Shown here in pieces: positions 11,465-24,825 of a stretch of 64,000 nucleotides of DNA (positions within the stretch are counted from its first letter, which is position 1; every line of letters starts with the position of its first letter). The stretch is taken from contig QPGO01000271.1 of assembly GCA_008632985.1 (NCBI GenBank), forward strand, positions 1 to 64,000. Reading direction: 5' to 3'. This DNA comes from Psammoneis japonica (taxonomy: Eukaryota). A program made the position numbers and the translations under genes. A model generated the notes under the pieces. That model was not told the origin of the DNA, ran no database searches, and saw nothing but the letters and a program-made list of their open reading frames with translations.

Positions 11465-13950
11465 AAGAACAAGCACAACAAAAGTGGAGTGAAGTGCAAA
11501 AAGCGAAAATTGTGAGATTGGATTTTGCTCAATCATTTTGGGATTCTCGGAACAAGTTCTCAATGGCCCAAAGCTTCTGCACTGCTTCTGCAGACCAAAG
11601 GCTTTTTGGAGAATGTGCCCATGAAAACAGATTGTCCGGATGCAATTGCCGCTGTCACATGAGATGTCAACATCGTCAAGTGATTGCACTCACAATTTCC
11701 GACATCAAATCATTTTTGTGTGACTGATCTGTCCTTTACACGAACCCACAATTGACGTGTGATTGAGAACACAACAATGTTGATGTGTGAACATGTGCAC
11801 AACAATGCACACCTTGCATGTGCCCCCACCAATTGCACGTCAAAGTCATTCATCAAATGGCACAATGTGACAGACATTGACAGTGTCAACCACGCCACCA
11901 TGTTTGATCTGTGCTGTGCCATCAGTGTGCGCCATTGTCATGGCATGCGGTCCAGCATGTGGCTGCTCTAATTTTTTGGAGCATTTTTTGAGTGGTGTCT
12001 TTTCTCTTGTTCTGTGCACACATGGAGTGTGTTGAGTGTTCTTTTGATTACATTGTTTTTGTTTTTGATTTGTGTTGTCTCCGTTTCTGGACTGGCTTCC
12101 AATCAGCAATGTGTTGGACATCAAAAATGATGTTTTCATTAAAGACGTGTTCCAGCTCCAGGTGGGAGACGCGCTCCAGCTCTGGGTGGGACCTTGCACT
12201 TCTGAACTTTGACACAAATGTTTTTTCATCTGTCGCATGTTTTGCACGTGCATTTCTGCGTGTTCTGTCATAAAAAATTGTTCCACACTGCCTTTTTTGT
12301 GAAGCCAAAGGCTTTCTGATGTTGTCCACATTTGTGCCCAACAAAAATGCACTGGTTGTGTTCTTCAATGTCTGAAGAACATGCCTGGGCACACTGCAAA
12401 GAGTGTGCTTCAAGTGTGGAGGAGGAGATGCATTCGCAAAACTGCCTTTTTTTCCATTGGCAATCATTGACATGTTCGTTGCTCAACAATTTTGCTGCGG
12501 AGCTTGCACGCAGACTTCTGCGGACCCGATGTCACAAAAAGTCCAACCTGTGACTGGAACCTGTTGAGACCTTGCACTGCTGAACTGTGACACAATTGTT
12601 TTTTGTCATCTGTTGCATGTTTTGCGCGCACATTTTCACGTGTTCTGTGACAAAAAATTGCTCCACACTGCCTTTTTTGCAAAGCCAAAGGCTTTCTGTT
12701 GTCTGTGTGTGCTGGGGGTGTGGGCCAGCTTGTTGCCGGAGTTGCAGGGTGGAAGTGCAGCAGCACTTTAAATGTGGAATTTTGGTTTTGTTTTGTTGTC
12801 TGCACTTTTGACAACAAAGATGCACTGGGTGTGTTTTTTAATGTCTGAAGAGTGCACCCGGGCATGCTGCAAAGAATGCACTTCAAGGTTGGAGGAGGAG
12901 ACACGTTCGCAAAATTGCTTCTTTTTCCATTGACGATCATTCATGTGTGCATTGCTCAACAATTTTGCTGCAGAGCTTGCACATGGAATTCTGTGGGCCC
13001 AATGTCACAAAAAGTCCCACCCAGGACTGGAGCCTGTCTGAAGACCAATTGTCCTGGTGTGGCTTGTGCAGCAGCATGACACGTTGAACTCACTGCAAAG
13101 GCTGCTCCTGCCAGCATTCCATCAAAGGGATTCTGGGCATCCAGAGGTGCATGCTGCAAATCAAAAGTGCACATCATGTTGCCAAGTGCTTGGTGCACAT
13201 GCTCAATTGTGGTGTCAGCTTGTGGATTTCGTGCAGCTGTGGGACTGACTTTTGTGTCACAGTCTTCTTGAGCCACGTCTCCATCTGATGAACTCACTTC
13301 CATGGTCACATGCAATTGACAATGCCCAAGGGTGTTTGCTTGACCATGTTCTTTCCAACAGTCCAGCAATGGCTGTGGATTCCTCATTTAGAATTTCCAC
13401 AACTTCAAACAATCCGGCTGCTTGATCAGCCATTGTCAAACATTTTAGGACCAGGGCTTTCTTCTTTCCCTTGCAATGCATTTTCCATGGTCCAATGAGA
13501 TCCACACACAGTTGTTCCCATGGCGCTGATTCTGCACACTCAAGAGGCAAATGTCCACATTTCATGTGTTCCCATTTGAATTTCTGGCATGTCTCACATT
13601 TTGACATGCATTTTTGCATGTCTTCACACAAGGCAGACCACCACAAGTGTTGTGAGATTGTTTCTTCTGCTCTGTTTGTGCCAGGATGAACAAGGTGCGC
13701 ATGGCGCCAATCTGTTGCCACTTTTTGCAATGTCTTTGGAGCAACGATTTCATCCTTGTGACATGTGAGCAACCGGTCTTGCTTGCCTCCACAAAAAGTC
13801 TTTACATGAAGTGTCTCTCATTGGACAATTTGGAGAGAATGTCTTTGTCCTGTTTTTGTTCAGCATCAAGTGCTTTGCATGTTTAACAGATGGACATTGT
13901 CACAGGATTTTGGTGGGTCCTTGTCAGCCATTTCTTCTGTGCTGAGATTT
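11465..13950 (-). mobile_element. Old Ty3/Gypsy remnant: integrase plus diverged 3' LTR (~11465-11818) homologous to the LTRs at 33051/33428/41104
   Basis: HLVHPG..CETCQKFK..PWEQLCVDLIGPW (13257-13772) and NPQA..TPGQLVF (12956-13387), resuming as IIFDVQHIADW left of 12143; 11556-11594 is the TA-converted reverse complement of LTR core TCTGTAGAAGCAGTGCAGAAGCTTTAGGCCATTGAGAAC; PPT-like GTGCAATTGGTGGGGGCA. Confidence 0.8.
12144..13038. mobile_element. Nested MITE pair: inner 12168-12565 inserted in the left TIR of outer 12144-13038
   Basis: Two adjacent TIR starts (GACGTGTTCCAG, GACGCGCTCCAG) and two TIR ends; outer TSD TAAA/TGAA, inner GGGA/GAGA; splits the Gypsy integrase frame. Confidence 0.8.
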
Positions 13951-14978
13951 TTCACAGGTTCTGACATCTTGAATGTTGGGCAGAGGAAATGGAGCACGCA
14001 CTGGCCTCTTGTTCAGTTCACAACAGCCTGACAGGAACCAAACTCGACCATTTTTCTTTGGTTGAACAAAGGTTGGAGCTGCTCATTTGGAGCAATCAAT
14101 CACTCTCAAGACCTTTGGCTCACACAGTCACTCAACTTCCTTTCAGCGAGTCATTCTTTAGAATTGCTGTGCATCAATTTTTTTTAAATTGACAGTTTTC
14201 CTCACTGAGAGTGTCTGAGACTTGGACATTTTCTGAGCTGCACATGCAGTTGCCATTCAAACTGAACAAATGCTGACATTCTGTCATGAACACAGGCAAT
14301 TTATGTGCCATTGGCCATTGGTCCACCATCGCTCATTTGGTGGCCCTGGCAGCGCAACATCTCACAATTCTAGAACCTGTTGATGCTGTTCAACACCCTG
14401 TCTTGTCTTTCACCCAATTCTCAGCCATCATGGCAGCATTTGCTCACTTTGTCAGTGCCAACATGCTGTGATGTTCATCGCCTGGAACGTGCACAGCAAA
14501 CGGCACGACGGCATTGTTGTGGTCGATCGATTTTTGCGGCAAGCGCCATGTTGGTCCCATGGTTGCTCACGTGTGTGTGTCGTTGTTCATGGATGTGAAC
14601 AATGTGCTCTTGGAGACCAGAGCCGTGATCTGTTGGACATGACGTCAGTGGACGGAATGTTTGATCACATGGATGGAATGTGTTGGCTGAGACACACAAA
14701 CGTCGTGATCAAGACAAGACAATGTTTCATGCATTGAGGTCTGTCATTTGATCACAAACATTTTTTGACAAATCAAGGTGCATTGTCAAATTGTTTGGAC
14801 ACTGCACATGTGGATGCATGTCTGTTGCTCATCATTGCTCAGGAGTGACACCGCCTGCTCGCGGGTTCACCAAGTGGGAACCACCAAATTGGCACGAGAA
14901 CCACACATTTTTCTCACTTTTCTCCACTCACACAAGTGGATGCTCACGCGTCGAAACGCAAACAACTGTTGACACACA

Positions 14979-16393
14979 ATGGCTGCTGCCGCAGCCTTTG
15001 CCGCTTGTCTTGCACGTTGTGGGCACAATGCGCAGACGCACACCTGCACAGCCGGTCAAGGCTTTGCTGCCATTGACGACCTGGAACAGGCCCCTTTGGC
15101 AGAAATTGCTGACATGACTGAGGGTGTTGTGAAAAGAGTGGATGCCGCCGCTGGCCCCAAGTCTGCTTCCCACACCTGGCGAATCGCAAGTTCAAGGCAC
15201 TGCGCACATGGATTGACTGCCGCAGAGCCCAAAGGCAACAGCCGACTGCTGCGCTCTTTGCTGGTGACGTCATTGGAACATGGACGGCATGTCTCATGGA
15301 ACTGAAACAATTCAAGTCAGCAGACTCAGATGACGAATCGGCTGCCAAGATGGCCGTGGAGCTCAGGAATCTGTGTGACTGGCCTGCCTTCCAAGAGTCA
15401 CTGGAGACCGAACTGCACCACCACCACAGTGCCGTCACCGGCATGCCCCTTGTCCACCTGATTGGGGAGCATGAAGACGTCGCCACTGAAATGTTGGCTG
15501 CCACCTGCACTGCCATTGACGAGGACCTCATTGCCACTGCTTGACTTGCAGGAGCTCAGCACACGCAGGGTGGGCAATGCCTGTGTGATCTCTTGAAGAA
15601 GTCAGTGACATGGGGGCCCGGATGGGCTTTTGTCAAACCCCGCAATCGCGATGGTCGCACTGCTTTCTTTGCACTCAAGAGGCAGGTGGAAGGATCGGCT
15701 GCCGCCACTGCCCAAAAGAACGATGCTCATGCACAGATTGCCACTGCGAAGTGCACCGGACGGGGTCGATTTACTTTCGACCAGTGCACTCAGCCCCATC
15801 AAAAGGCTCACAACAACTTGTCTGAGCTTGATGAGCCGGTGGCTGAGACCAAGAAGGTCTCTGACTTTCTAAAGGGCATCTCCAACCCTGGGTTGGAGAC
15901 TGGCAAGAGTGCAGTGGATGGAGACCTGATGAAGCTGGTGGATTTTGAAGCATGCCAGCAGCACATGAAGACTCTGAAAGAAAATGCAAAGAACTGCAAT
16001 GCTGACACTTGCAGAATCGCATCCATCCAACGCCGCAACAACCGGCATGGAAACCCTGGCGGAAAGCACCAACCTAAAAAGGACAAGCCCAGGATCCGGT
16101 CAGGCCATTGTCCCTTTGAAGAGTGGAGTGCTCTTGATGGTCCTGAACGAGAGCAAGTTCAAAAGCTCCGTGATGCCAAGAAAGCCAAAAAGAAATGCAA
16201 AGCTGCAGCTGCGTCCTCGGATGATGAGTCGGTTGATGCCAAAACTCGCGCTGTTAAGAAAGTGGCCATTGCCGAGCCCAGTCCTCAACCTGCTGATGAA
16301 CCAAAGGACTCCGAAGAGCCTGACAAACTTGCCGCCAATGCAGGCACCCAGTTCGGACGCAGTGCACATGAGAAACCTCAGAAGGAGGAATGA
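14979..16393 (+). pseudogene. Copia A gag (disrupted)
   Basis: WPAFQESLE..GMPLVHLI, DGRTAFFALKRQVEG, FTFDQC..HQKAHNNL, ETKKVSDFLKGI, typical of stramenopile Copia gag; split across ORFs. Confidence 0.75.
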
Positions 16394-16417
16394 ACAGTTG
16401 CGCCAGCACCAAAAGGC

Positions 16418-18057
16418 ATGGAACCGAATGTTGCTGAACCTGCTGGCACTGTTCATTTAACCAGGCGATTCTCAAAGGACACACGTGTCTCTTTGTCATC
16501 TGCTGGGAATTCAGATGATGAAGCCACCACTGATTTGGACTCGCACGCTGACACGTGTGCTGTTGGGTCCATTTTTGTGATGCACTCTGGCATCGACAGA
16601 ATTGTTGTGGTGCACCCTTGCTCCGAAGAGCATGCACCAATGGAAAACATTCCTGTTTGCACGGCTGCCACCGTGTGGGTTGATCCAACTGATGGACAAC
16701 CACATCTGCTGCCAGTCCACGAGGCCATGTTTTTCGGGGACAAGATGACTGACACCCTTCCATGCCCCAACCAACTGCGAGCGAACGGGCTGATTGTCCA
16801 TGACACCCCTTGCCAGTTTGATCCGACTGGCACACACTCCATTTCTTTTCCTGACTCGAAGATCAGGACACCATTGAGAATGCGAGGTGTTGCTTCAGTC
16901 TTTGATTCACACAAGCCGACAAAGGAGGATCTGGAGAACCTTCCCCAGCTGGAACTTGCATCACCCCTGAGATGGGAGCCTTCTGCTGATGCCCTGGTGC
17001 AAAAGGAGGAAGCGCGTGCGTGTGCCAGTGTGCGCCAAGGATCAGCAAAGTCGGACAGATGGTCGATGATGATGAATGCAACCAGGTGTGTTGCTTCCAT
17101 TCACTCATGCCAAACATCCCATCATGACGAGAATGTCATTGTGGATGCAAATGATGATGATTCTTTGCATCACCGCCTGGTTGCTCAGGTGAATGTCTCC
17201 CACAACGACACTGAGGGAGACGGGCTGCATGACCAGCATGACCCAGATGTCCACCCAGATTGTGCCGAGCGGAAACGGGTGCATGCACTGTCAACCTCGA
17301 GTCATGCATCGACCATCACGCCCGAGACACTCTCTAAAAGTTGGAACATTGGCCTGACGGCCGCTGAGAACACCCTTGGAGTGATGACCCAGGCAGGGGT
17401 CCGCAATGTCTGCACACCATCCGAACGGAAAGTCCGGAAGAAAGCCCCTTGGCTTAAGTTCACTGCTGTCAAGGGACACTTCTACTCCGACCAGATGTTT
17501 TCGAAGGTCAAATCGATGCTTGGCGAGACAGGAGGAAGTGCACTTGTCAACGGAAGAGGGTGTGACAGGTTCCATCCTTGGAAGAGGAAACAGGACCACC
17601 CGGACGCCGTCATGTCATTTGTGCATGATGTTGGCGTGCTGCAGGTCCTTGTGTTGGATGGCGTGCCGGCAATGGCGGAAGGCCACACCAAAGAGATCAG
17701 CAAGGAATGCAGGACACACCAGGAGGTGTCCACCCCGTGCAGCCCCTGGCAGAACCCAGCCGAGGCATCCATTCGTGAGTTGAAGAAAAGAGTCCGTGTG
17801 GCTCTACGCCGGACTGGCGCTCACAGGCGACTTTGGTCCCACAGCGCCAAATGGACATGTGACATCCGACGCATGATTGCACCTGGCATGTCGGACATGG
17901 GAGGACAAGTCCCAGAAGAGGAGGTGACAGGTTCGACACCCAACATCTCGTCCCTCTCTCTCTTTGATTGGTGTCAACCTGTTCATTGCTGCATGCCTGT
18001 GGCAGAGTTCCCACACGAAAAGCAGTGCATTGGCCGTTGGCTCGGAGTGGCTGACAA
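16418..18057 (+). pseudogene. Copia A pol: aspartic protease and integrase
   Basis: LDSHADTC protease motif; LSKSWNIGL; FVHDVGV..LVLDG..PCSPWQNPAEASIRELKK integrase core; one Tyr in the 560-aa ORF. Confidence 0.85.
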
Positions 18058-19066
18058 GCTAAACCTGCTGGCACTGCACATTTGTCTGAGTGATTCTTGA
18101 AGGACACACATGTCTCTTTGTCATCTTCTGGAAATTCTGATGACAAAGCAACCACTGATTTGGACTTGCACGCTGACACGTGTGCTGTTGGGTCCAATTT
18201 TACAATGTGCTCTGATGTCGACAGAACTGTCGTGGTGCACCCTTGCTCTGAAGAGCATGCACCAATGGAAAATGTTCCCATTTGCATGGCTGCTGCTGTG
18301 TGGGTTGATCCAACTGATGGACAACCATGGCTGCTGCTGGTCCATGAGGCCATGTTTTTTGGAGACAAGATGACTGACACTCTCCTGTGCCCCAGCCAAC
18401 TGCAAGCAAATGGACCAATTGTCCATGACACCCCTCGCCAGTTTGATCTGACTGGCACACACTCTGTTTCTTTCCCTGACTCAAAGATCAGGATGCCATT
18501 GCAAATGCGAGGTGTTGCTTCAGTCTTTGATTCACACAAGCCGACAAAGGAGGATCTGGAGAACCTCCCCCGGCTGGAACTCACATCACCCCTGAGATGG
18601 GAGCCTTCTGCTGATGCCCTGGCGCAAAAGGAGGAAGCACATGCATGTGCCAGTGTGCGCCAAGGATCAGTGAAGTCTGATGGACCGTCAACGATGATGA
18701 ATGTGACCAGGTGTGTCGCTTCCAATTGCTCACATCAAATGTCCCATTACAACGAGAATGTCATTGTGGGTGCCAATGATGATGATTCTTTGCATCACCG
18801 CCTGGTTGCTCAGGTGAACATCTCCCACAATGATGCTGAGGGAGACGGGCCACATGACCGGCATGACCTGGATGTCCACCCGGATTGTGCCGAGCAGAAA
18901 CGGGTGCATGCACTGTGTCGTGCATCGACCATCACACCTGAGATGCTTTCTAAAAGGTGGGACATTGGCCTGACGGCTGCCAAGAACACCCTCAGAGTGA
19001 CGACCCAGGCAGGGGTCTGCAATGTCCACACACCATCCGAGCGGAAAGTCTGGAAGAAAGCCCCTT

Positions 19067-19236
19067 TGTCTTGTGTGGATGTTGTGAGCTAAAGAGGCTT
19101 GCGACTGCTCAGTGGTCCATGAGCTAGCTGCGTCAGAGATTCTTCGACATCATCTCTCTGAGTCAGCACGAATGAGCTCCATCTGTCCATCCGTCCGTCT
19201 GTCCGTCTGTCCTGCGAGCTCTAGCTGACCGTGACA
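19067..19236 (-). repeat. 3' LTR of Copia B
   Basis: TGTCTTGTG...GACCGTGACA; aligns without gaps to 28569-28738. Confidence 0.95.
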
Positions 19237-19465
19237 CTCCCTCGTGTCGACGAGGGCTCTGACTGGTGCCAGCAATGGAGCCAAGCCGATGGAGCAACAT
19301 CTGTGCACAGCCTCCAGAGCATTCCTAGAAAATGTCTGGGGTGTGTCTAGGGTGTGTCTCTCCCTCGTGCTTCGAGGACAAGTGAAACGAAAAATGTGCT
19401 GTTTGCACATGTCCAAAAATGCTGTTTTTGAGTAAAGTGGCAGTCTGTTTGAACTGCTCAACACA

Positions 19466-20159
19466 TCACCAACCCATTGTCATGCACCGTAAGCCTTCAA
19501 ACTTGGTCCTGCCAAGAGGTTTGGTGAGCAGGTCTGCCCAGTCACAGTTTGTGTCAACTTTCACTGCCTTCACAGAACCACATTTTGTGTGGTCCCGAAA
19601 GTGCATCCATTTGATGCTTGTGTGCTCAGCTCTGGCTCTGCATTGCTCGTCAGAGGTGGCCATTGCAATGCATCCTGCATTGTCTTCATGCACTGTGGAC
19701 GGGGGAAGCTTGTGTGGAAGCACACGAGTTTCCAGAGAACCAGATTCAATGTGTGAATCTGCCAGTTCAAAATCCATGGTTTTGGACAGTTCTTCCAGCA
19801 CAGTTCTCATTGGAAGCAGCTCTCTCATGCACTGTGACAGTGCAACAAGTTTAGCCTTGGTTGAGGAGAGAGCTGTCTTGGTTTGTAATTTGCTCTTCCA
19901 ACAGATTGGACAGCCTGCGAATGTGACAATGTGTCCTGATCGTGACAGGTGCGATTTGTGGAGATGGGCAAAATTTCTGTGCCACATTCCCACGAAGTTG
20001 CTGTCAATTTGTGCACCCAGGGAGAATTTCCCTTTTGGCCCAAGCTTGACACCGTCTGTTGAAGTTGCCAACAGATGACATCCGATGCACTCAACTGCTT
20101 GTTCGTGCAATGCCTTTGGGCAATTAGAAAATCTAGTGCACACATGCACTGCCATTGCA
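19466..20159 (-). pseudogene. Copia B RT C-terminus and RNase H
   Basis: MAVH..RFS..PK..HEQAV; SRSGHIV..GCPICWKSKLQ..ALSSTKAKLVALS; VHEDNAGCI; ADLLTKPL. Confidence 0.9.
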
Positions 20160-22102
20160 CACAGCGGTTTCCATGCAAGAATGGCAAGCATGTTTGTCTG
20201 TGAAAAAAATGTTCGGGTGTGCCAAATCAAACTGGAATCAGGAACTTTTTAATCTTCAAAGTTTTGAAAAAAGCACACTGTCACCGCACAAAAAAAAATT
20301 GTTGCTCAGAGCCGCAGTCACCATGAATCGACAACAGCCGGTTCTGCTTCATGTGAACTGCCGACGCTGAGGAAAAAATGAGATGTGTTGTCGTTCATGG
20401 CATTGTTGAGGTCACATGTCGTTTTTTCCTCAGTGCAAGATGTTTTGATGTCGTCGTTGTCAACATGGTTGACAATGGCAGACGGAATCTCGGTTGCGCC
20501 TTTTTTCGTGGAAATCATCGTAGATTTCTGCGCGGGGTTTGTGCTGGATTGTCGGAACAAGTTTTCGTCGATTTGTTGTCATGGATCTGACGGTGGCCTT
20601 GTTGATGGCATTTTGACTTGCCTCTCCCAGTGTCTCCCATGTTTCAGCTCTCTGTCGCATCTTGCTGTCATGCTGTGCAAAATTGTTCCATCTGTAGAAG
20701 CCCAGAGAGAAAAACACACGATCATTCGTGCCACTCCTGACGACGAGATTCATGCCACGATGATGGGACGAATGAGCTTGACTGCAGGGGTGGATGAAAA
20801 GTCCAGCATGGACTCTGCAATGCAGTGCAGTCTTGGCACTCTTGTTGAGACTTGGTGTGGTGGCATTGGAAGCATTCTGTCGGGATCATCTGAGCTCAAA
20901 TCAGCTCAAGCCGCTGTTCTCTGTCAGTCGATGAGAAATGCACCGTCGGGCTGATGCAGTGCAGCAGGTCGATGATCCAGGTGAGTTCACTTGATTGGTC
21001 TTACAAATTTAAGATGTTGACAGTGTGGACGTTTCCAACAGGTTGATGCAATGGAAATTTCTTGCTGGAAAGGTCCATCATTTCCAAACTGGGTCAAATC
21101 CTGCCATTCGACGCAGGCCATGAACCAACCGACATGCAGCAGTGGGCAATCATCTCAAGTGCTGTGGCTGAATCTTGCGCAATGCCCAGAGCAACAAGTT
21201 GTGTGCCCAAAGCAGCCACGCAGTGCTCCCAAGCACATTTCCCAGAGCAAACAGTGGTCGCTGACAGCTGAGAGCAAGGGTCTCAGCCAAGCGTTGCTTT
21301 GCAAGCAGAGGGTCCACCAAAGCACAGCAGCATCTGCTGAAAGAGACACAATGCCATGTTTGCTTTTTATCGTGTGCAGTCCTGCCACGGATGCAAAAAC
21401 ACTCGCATGACTGTCAACATCAAATCGTCTTGAACGGGGCAACTTCCATGTCATTGTCGTGCAGCTCGGCTTCCAGCTCAGCCTGTTGAGAAACCAATCG
21501 TCATTCTTGCCACTCAAATGGTCTGCGTTGGCACCAAGTCCATCAATCTCAGTGTCAAACTTGGCTTGAAGATCGCGGTGCGATCGTTCCTGACAACAGG
21601 CCCAGCTGCTGATTTCCTGAGCCGACGCAATGTGGCAATCGTCTTGGAATTCTCCAATTCCTCCCCGAGCTCTTCCGGAATGTCGTGACAGAATCAGCTT
21701 CCGTTCGGGACAAGATGAAAGACAATCAACAGACGATTTTTTTCAGGCGAGACGATGGAGAGGAAGGAAGCCAAAAAGGTGGCAAAGGGCAAACCTCGCT
21801 GTCGAGACAGAGACTGCACTGCAGAACAATGTTGAGGAGCCGGGTGGGGATGTTGGCGGGGAAGAAGGAACTGCTGGCTGACACAGTTGGCAAATTTTGA
21901 CTCACCTGTCTTCTCCAAATGGTGTGTCACAAAGGGGCGTCAACAATGCTGCAGAGTTGCATCTTCAATTGACAAAGATTGCCATCGCAATGGACTTGAA
22001 GACGTGCGATGTGCAATGAAATGAATCATCGGCGAGGGAAGGAGAAATGGGCAATGAGCACATTTCACTGTTCGCCCTGAAATGCGCGTTGAAACCGCTG
22101 TG
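20160..22102. mobile_element. Non-autonomous DNA transposon with CAC..GTG ends and 4-bp TSD TGCA (Chapaev/CMC-like), inserted in Copia B RT
   Basis: CACAGCGGTTTC at 20160-20171 and GAAACCGCTGTG at 22091-22102; TGCA on both sides; removal restores PDVA-MAVH. Confidence 0.85.
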
Positions 22103-23200
22103 TGCAACATCTGGTTGAGTCATTTGTGCCAGAAAGCTCATCTTTCCGATGACAGACCGGCAGTTCCACGGTTCTTGACGCTCCTGACCGTTCGTGTCAG
22201 GATGCAGCATTTGTGCTGCTGGAGCAGCCTTTGTTTGTGGCCTGTTCTGTGATGGTTCATTGTTGTGGGACCTCAGACCGAGGTCTTTCAATGTAGAATC
22301 AACAAGACCTGTCTGGGTCATGTGAATCTCGCCATCGGCGGTGTTGGCAACATCTGCACCGAGGAAAGCAGATGCATCGCCTTCGTCGGTAAGTTGAAAC
22401 TCGTCTTGCTTGAGTTCTTGTGTGAGTGCAGTTACAACATCGTTCGTTGGAGTGAAAACCAAACAATCATCTGTGTGTGAGTAGATGACACAGTCATTTC
22501 TGATGAATGGACATGGGTCCATTTTTGATTTCTTGAAACCGCGTCGTTCCAATCCCTTTGACAGTTTCTGGAACCAGTTTCGTGCAGCAGTTTTCGTGCT
22601 GAGTGAGTTCTTTTTCAGTTTGCATGCCATGTCTGGTGTGATGTTTCCATTTTCGTCTTTCACTTCCCACCCTTCTGGGAGTCTCACATGCACTGGTTCT
22701 TCCAGCTCTGCTTGTGGAAATGCTTGCACACAATCCACTTGTCTGCTTTTCAGACCGGTGATTGCTGCCAGACACAATGTCAGTTGTGCCATGCTCCATG
22801 CGATGACTGGGGCGAATGTGTCCCAACAGTCCATTCCATGTTGTTGTTTGGAGCCGTCAACGCATGTTCTAGCTTTACATTTTGAAAGCTCACCACTTGG
22901 TTTCCTTTTTCTTTTGTGTGACCATGTTGCATTTAACAACCGGTGGTCTTTTGGTGCTTCAGAACATGGCATGTGTTCCCATGTGTCCACATCTGCTGGC
23001 CCTTGTGTTTCTGGAACTTGGGCTTTTTCAAATTCGGCATGGTCTGGCACTCTTTTCATCTGGCCCTGGGTCAGGGTGTTGACGTCACCCAGTGCCGCTG
23101 CTTCGAAAGTGAGTGGACTGGATTCGTTCCACACATCTTCGTCGAGAAGCATGTCATTGTCTGCTGAACCCACAAGTGCCATCAGATGTGCGAGCTCTTC
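22103..23200 (-). pseudogene. Copia B reverse transcriptase (Tyr->Cys/His converted)
   Basis: WSHKRKR, SKCKAR, QQHGMDCWDTFAPV, QVDCVQAFPQA, catalytic HTDD (YxDD expected), WNCRSVIGKM. Confidence 0.92.
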
Positions 23201-23487
23201 ACACAGTTCAGCTGCAACTTCTTCATGGTGTAGAGGCATTGTGGTGCACGCGTTCGCATCAGGTGAGTCACTGTTTTTCGCATTGTTCTGCACTGTTGTA
23301 CAAGTCGCGTCGTCATCCAAACCTTTTTGGCGTTTGTGTTCATGAAATTGATGACGAGCACAGTCTGCTTCATCGTTCAAATGTTGGAGGGCTTCTTTCA
23401 TTGGCAAAGAAGTTGCAGCATCCTCTGGAGTTGCCACAGTTTGGGCCCTGGGTGACTGCATTGTCCACAATCAACGGTGTCGCATTG

Positions 23488-24825
23488 TCAACTGACAGCC
23501 GCTGCAGGTGGCACAGCCTCGGAGGCTTCAGCATGTGCCGACTCTGCTGGCATTGTTGCATCTGCCAGTGCAGCTGCCGCATGTGTCGGTGTGTTGGCCG
23601 AGACATCAACAGCTGGCAGAATCTCAAATGGTGCATCGTCATCGTCTGGCTTTTCTTGTCCAGCACGGTCTCTTTTTCTCCCTCGTGATTTGTGATTGGT
23701 CTTTTGCACCTGTTTGTGCGCTTGAGGGTTGACACCGTGTTCTCGGAGCAAGTCGTCCTCACTCCAAACATTCTTTTCAAAATGATGTCGATTGTGATCG
23801 AAATGTTCATCATGGTGAGTCCAAGTGTTTGCATGGTCATCAAACAATTTTTCAAGAGCTGCCTCAAGATCATCGCTTGATGTCTTTCCAGGCGCTGCTG
23901 TTGCAAAGTTTTCGTCAAATGTGACATGAAATTGTGGCAAGACGTGTTTGGTTGTGGGGTCCCATGCCAAACAGACATTGCTGGCATGGTCCAGCAAATG
24001 TCCCACGTGCACTCCTTGGCATGACCGTTTGGCCCATCTTCCGATGTGAGTCCCGTCTTGGACACTTTTGTCCGCGATGTAAACAGGACACCCCCACACG
24101 CGAAAATCGTCCATTTGAAAAGGCGGTTTCTCGTCGGTGAGTGGCTCCCAGGGGTTTTTCTCTTTTCCTTTTTTGGTGCACACATTGTGGAAATTGACAG
24201 CTTGTCTGATGGCAAATGGCCACAATTCCGTGGTTGCCACATCAGACCAGAGGGGCTGAGCGTGCAACAGGCATGTTCGCGCCATTGAGGTGATGACGCC
24301 CATGCAGCGTTCCAAGATGCCGTTTTGCCAGTGTGCTCCTGCTCCACAAAAAAAGTTTTGTTGTTTGTTTTCAACGCAGTGTTGTGTGAACTCTGCGGCG
24401 GCGAACATGCCGTTGTTGGCATGAATGTGCTCGATTTTTATGTTGTGTTTTGCCGTGAATCTCTCGAGCTTGGTTTCACCAGTCAAGGTCTCTTTTCCTC
24501 CAGCAGACTCTTGCATGCAAGGACATAAATTTGGAGAAGTGATCAATCCACAGAGCACAATGTTTGCACCTCCAAGTGGTTGGTTTGCCATGAGAAGTGG
24601 GAAGCAGGCCTGGATGACTCGCATCGAGTTGATCCGCGGATGCTCCTCGACCTGGAGCGTCGTCGTGGCATTCATCAATGCGGTGACCATGTTGAGCTGC
24701 CTTGCGCTTGGCTTTTGCACAAGCACGTGCTTTGCAGACTGGAGCTTTGCACTTTGCAAAGCGTTTTGGCACGGCGCTGATCTTGGCCCATTCTTTGATT
24801 TGTTCAAAACCAACGTGTCCCGCAC
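23488..24825 (-). pseudogene. Copia B integrase
   Basis: HVGFEQIKEWAK..CKAR (GAG-pre-integrase), IDHFS, HIHANNG, GAHWQNGILER, LWPFAIRQAV, FRVWGCPVY, QFHVTFDENF. Confidence 0.88.

Larger units (their letters stand above)
14263..18057 (+). mobile_element. Ty1/Copia family A copy 1 (5' LTR/leader, gag, protease, integrase; 3'-truncated)
   Basis: Start TGAACAAATGCTGACA shared with the minus copy ending 41853; gag pieces 14979-16393; pol 16418-18100. Confidence 0.85.

Noticed and set aside
21965..23470. Alternative genetic code (TGY/CAY = Tyr)
   Set aside because: The same changes hit non-coding LTRs and TSDs, and resolve independently to TG or CA in sister copies.
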